Origin: Octopus bimaculoides
Taxonomy: Eukaryota
Reading direction: 5' to 3'
NCBI RefSeq assembly: GCF_001194135.2
Contig: NC_068982.1
Coordinates: forward strand, 190,739,550 to 190,803,549
Length of the DNA: 64,000 bases
Position numbers and translations under genes: made by a program
Part shown: positions 63,400 through 64,000 of the stretch, one piece after another
Layout: each line of letters begins with the position of its first letter
Numbering within the stretch: position 1 is the stretch's first letter
The notes under the pieces: model-generated
The model's input: only the letters and a program-made list of their open reading frames with translations
Databases searched by the model: none
Told to the model about the DNA's origin: nothing

Positions 63400-64000
63400 C
63401 ATGCGTGCATGGCTTGGATAAAATAATCAAAACACACGATTTAAAAAGGAGTTGGTCCTCTTTGACATCAATCACAGTTTTCATATGTCAAGAATTTGGT
63501 TCGTTACTGGTTCTGAATAGTCGTTAGAAGAAAATTGAGCCATTCTTCCAGAAAGACCTGCTTTATCTCTTTCGGCAACAGTGGCAGAGGGTAGCAGCTC
63601 CTCACTTGCTGCTCCAAAATGCACCATAAACGCTCGATTATATTGAGATCCAGTGATTGTGTGGGCCAATCCAAGCGGTCTACTTTACTTTCGCGCTCCT
63701 CCTTCCAATTTTGAACAACATTAGTCATGTGAATCAGTGTATTATCGTCCTGGACGATTGCGCTTCTATCCGGGAAGAATGTTTGTACCATAGGACGAAC
63801 AGGATCAGTCGAAATATTCAGATAATCCTTGGTATTAACTCTGCCCTGTAGAACAATTAAAGGACCAAGAGAATTCTATGATATGGCTATCCAAATCTGT
63901 ATAGAACCACTTCCATCTTTCGCAGTAAAGGTTGACGGCTTCTTTGGCTATCTCCAAACGTAAACTCGCCCCGAAATGAGAGAAAGGGTGAATGCTGACT
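63400..64000 (-). mobile_element. Tc1-like transposase fossil with DD36E spacing (runs off window)
   Basis: ESAFTL...SGRVYVWR...QDDNTLIHMTNVVQNWKEERESKVDRLDWPTQSLDLNIIERLW...GPTPF*. There are 36 residues between D (63744-63746) and E (63633-63635). Confidence 0.85.

Larger units (their letters stand above)
48808..64000 (+). other. PDE3 intron 1 (continues beyond window)
   Basis: GTAAGA donor at 48808. No downstream PDE3-like exon recognised, although one could hide in the N-gaps. Confidence 0.65.

Overview
AT-rich eukaryotic genomic DNA, dense in microsatellites and SINEs, with about 18 N-gaps (roughly 5 kb). The repeat landscape looks like an octopod cephalopod, probably Octopus (inference). 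Only one host coding exon is recognisable: the large first coding exon of a PDE3-family cGMP-inhibited phosphodiesterase (+, 47965-48807). It encodes the hydrophobic N-terminal membrane region and the RRRSSS and RRTSLP phospho-motifs, and its intron appears to run past the window end. The rest is repeat-derived: four SINE-like families (working labels A-D), mariner DD34D, maT DD37D and Tc1-like DD36E fossils, hAT MITEs, a Helitron inside a foldback element, CR1-group, R4/Dong-like and Penelope-like fragments, and a decayed histone H4 pseudogene with an internal duplication. The most unusual signal is a set of sequence-unrelated minimal hammerhead-ribozyme motifs. The best is an intact one inside a tRNA-headed SINE-like element arranged as a head-to-head palindrome in the PDE3 intron (56550-56927). 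Nearly all ORFs in the supplied track are microsatellite or N-gap artefacts. All calls were made by eye, and repeat boundaries are approximate.
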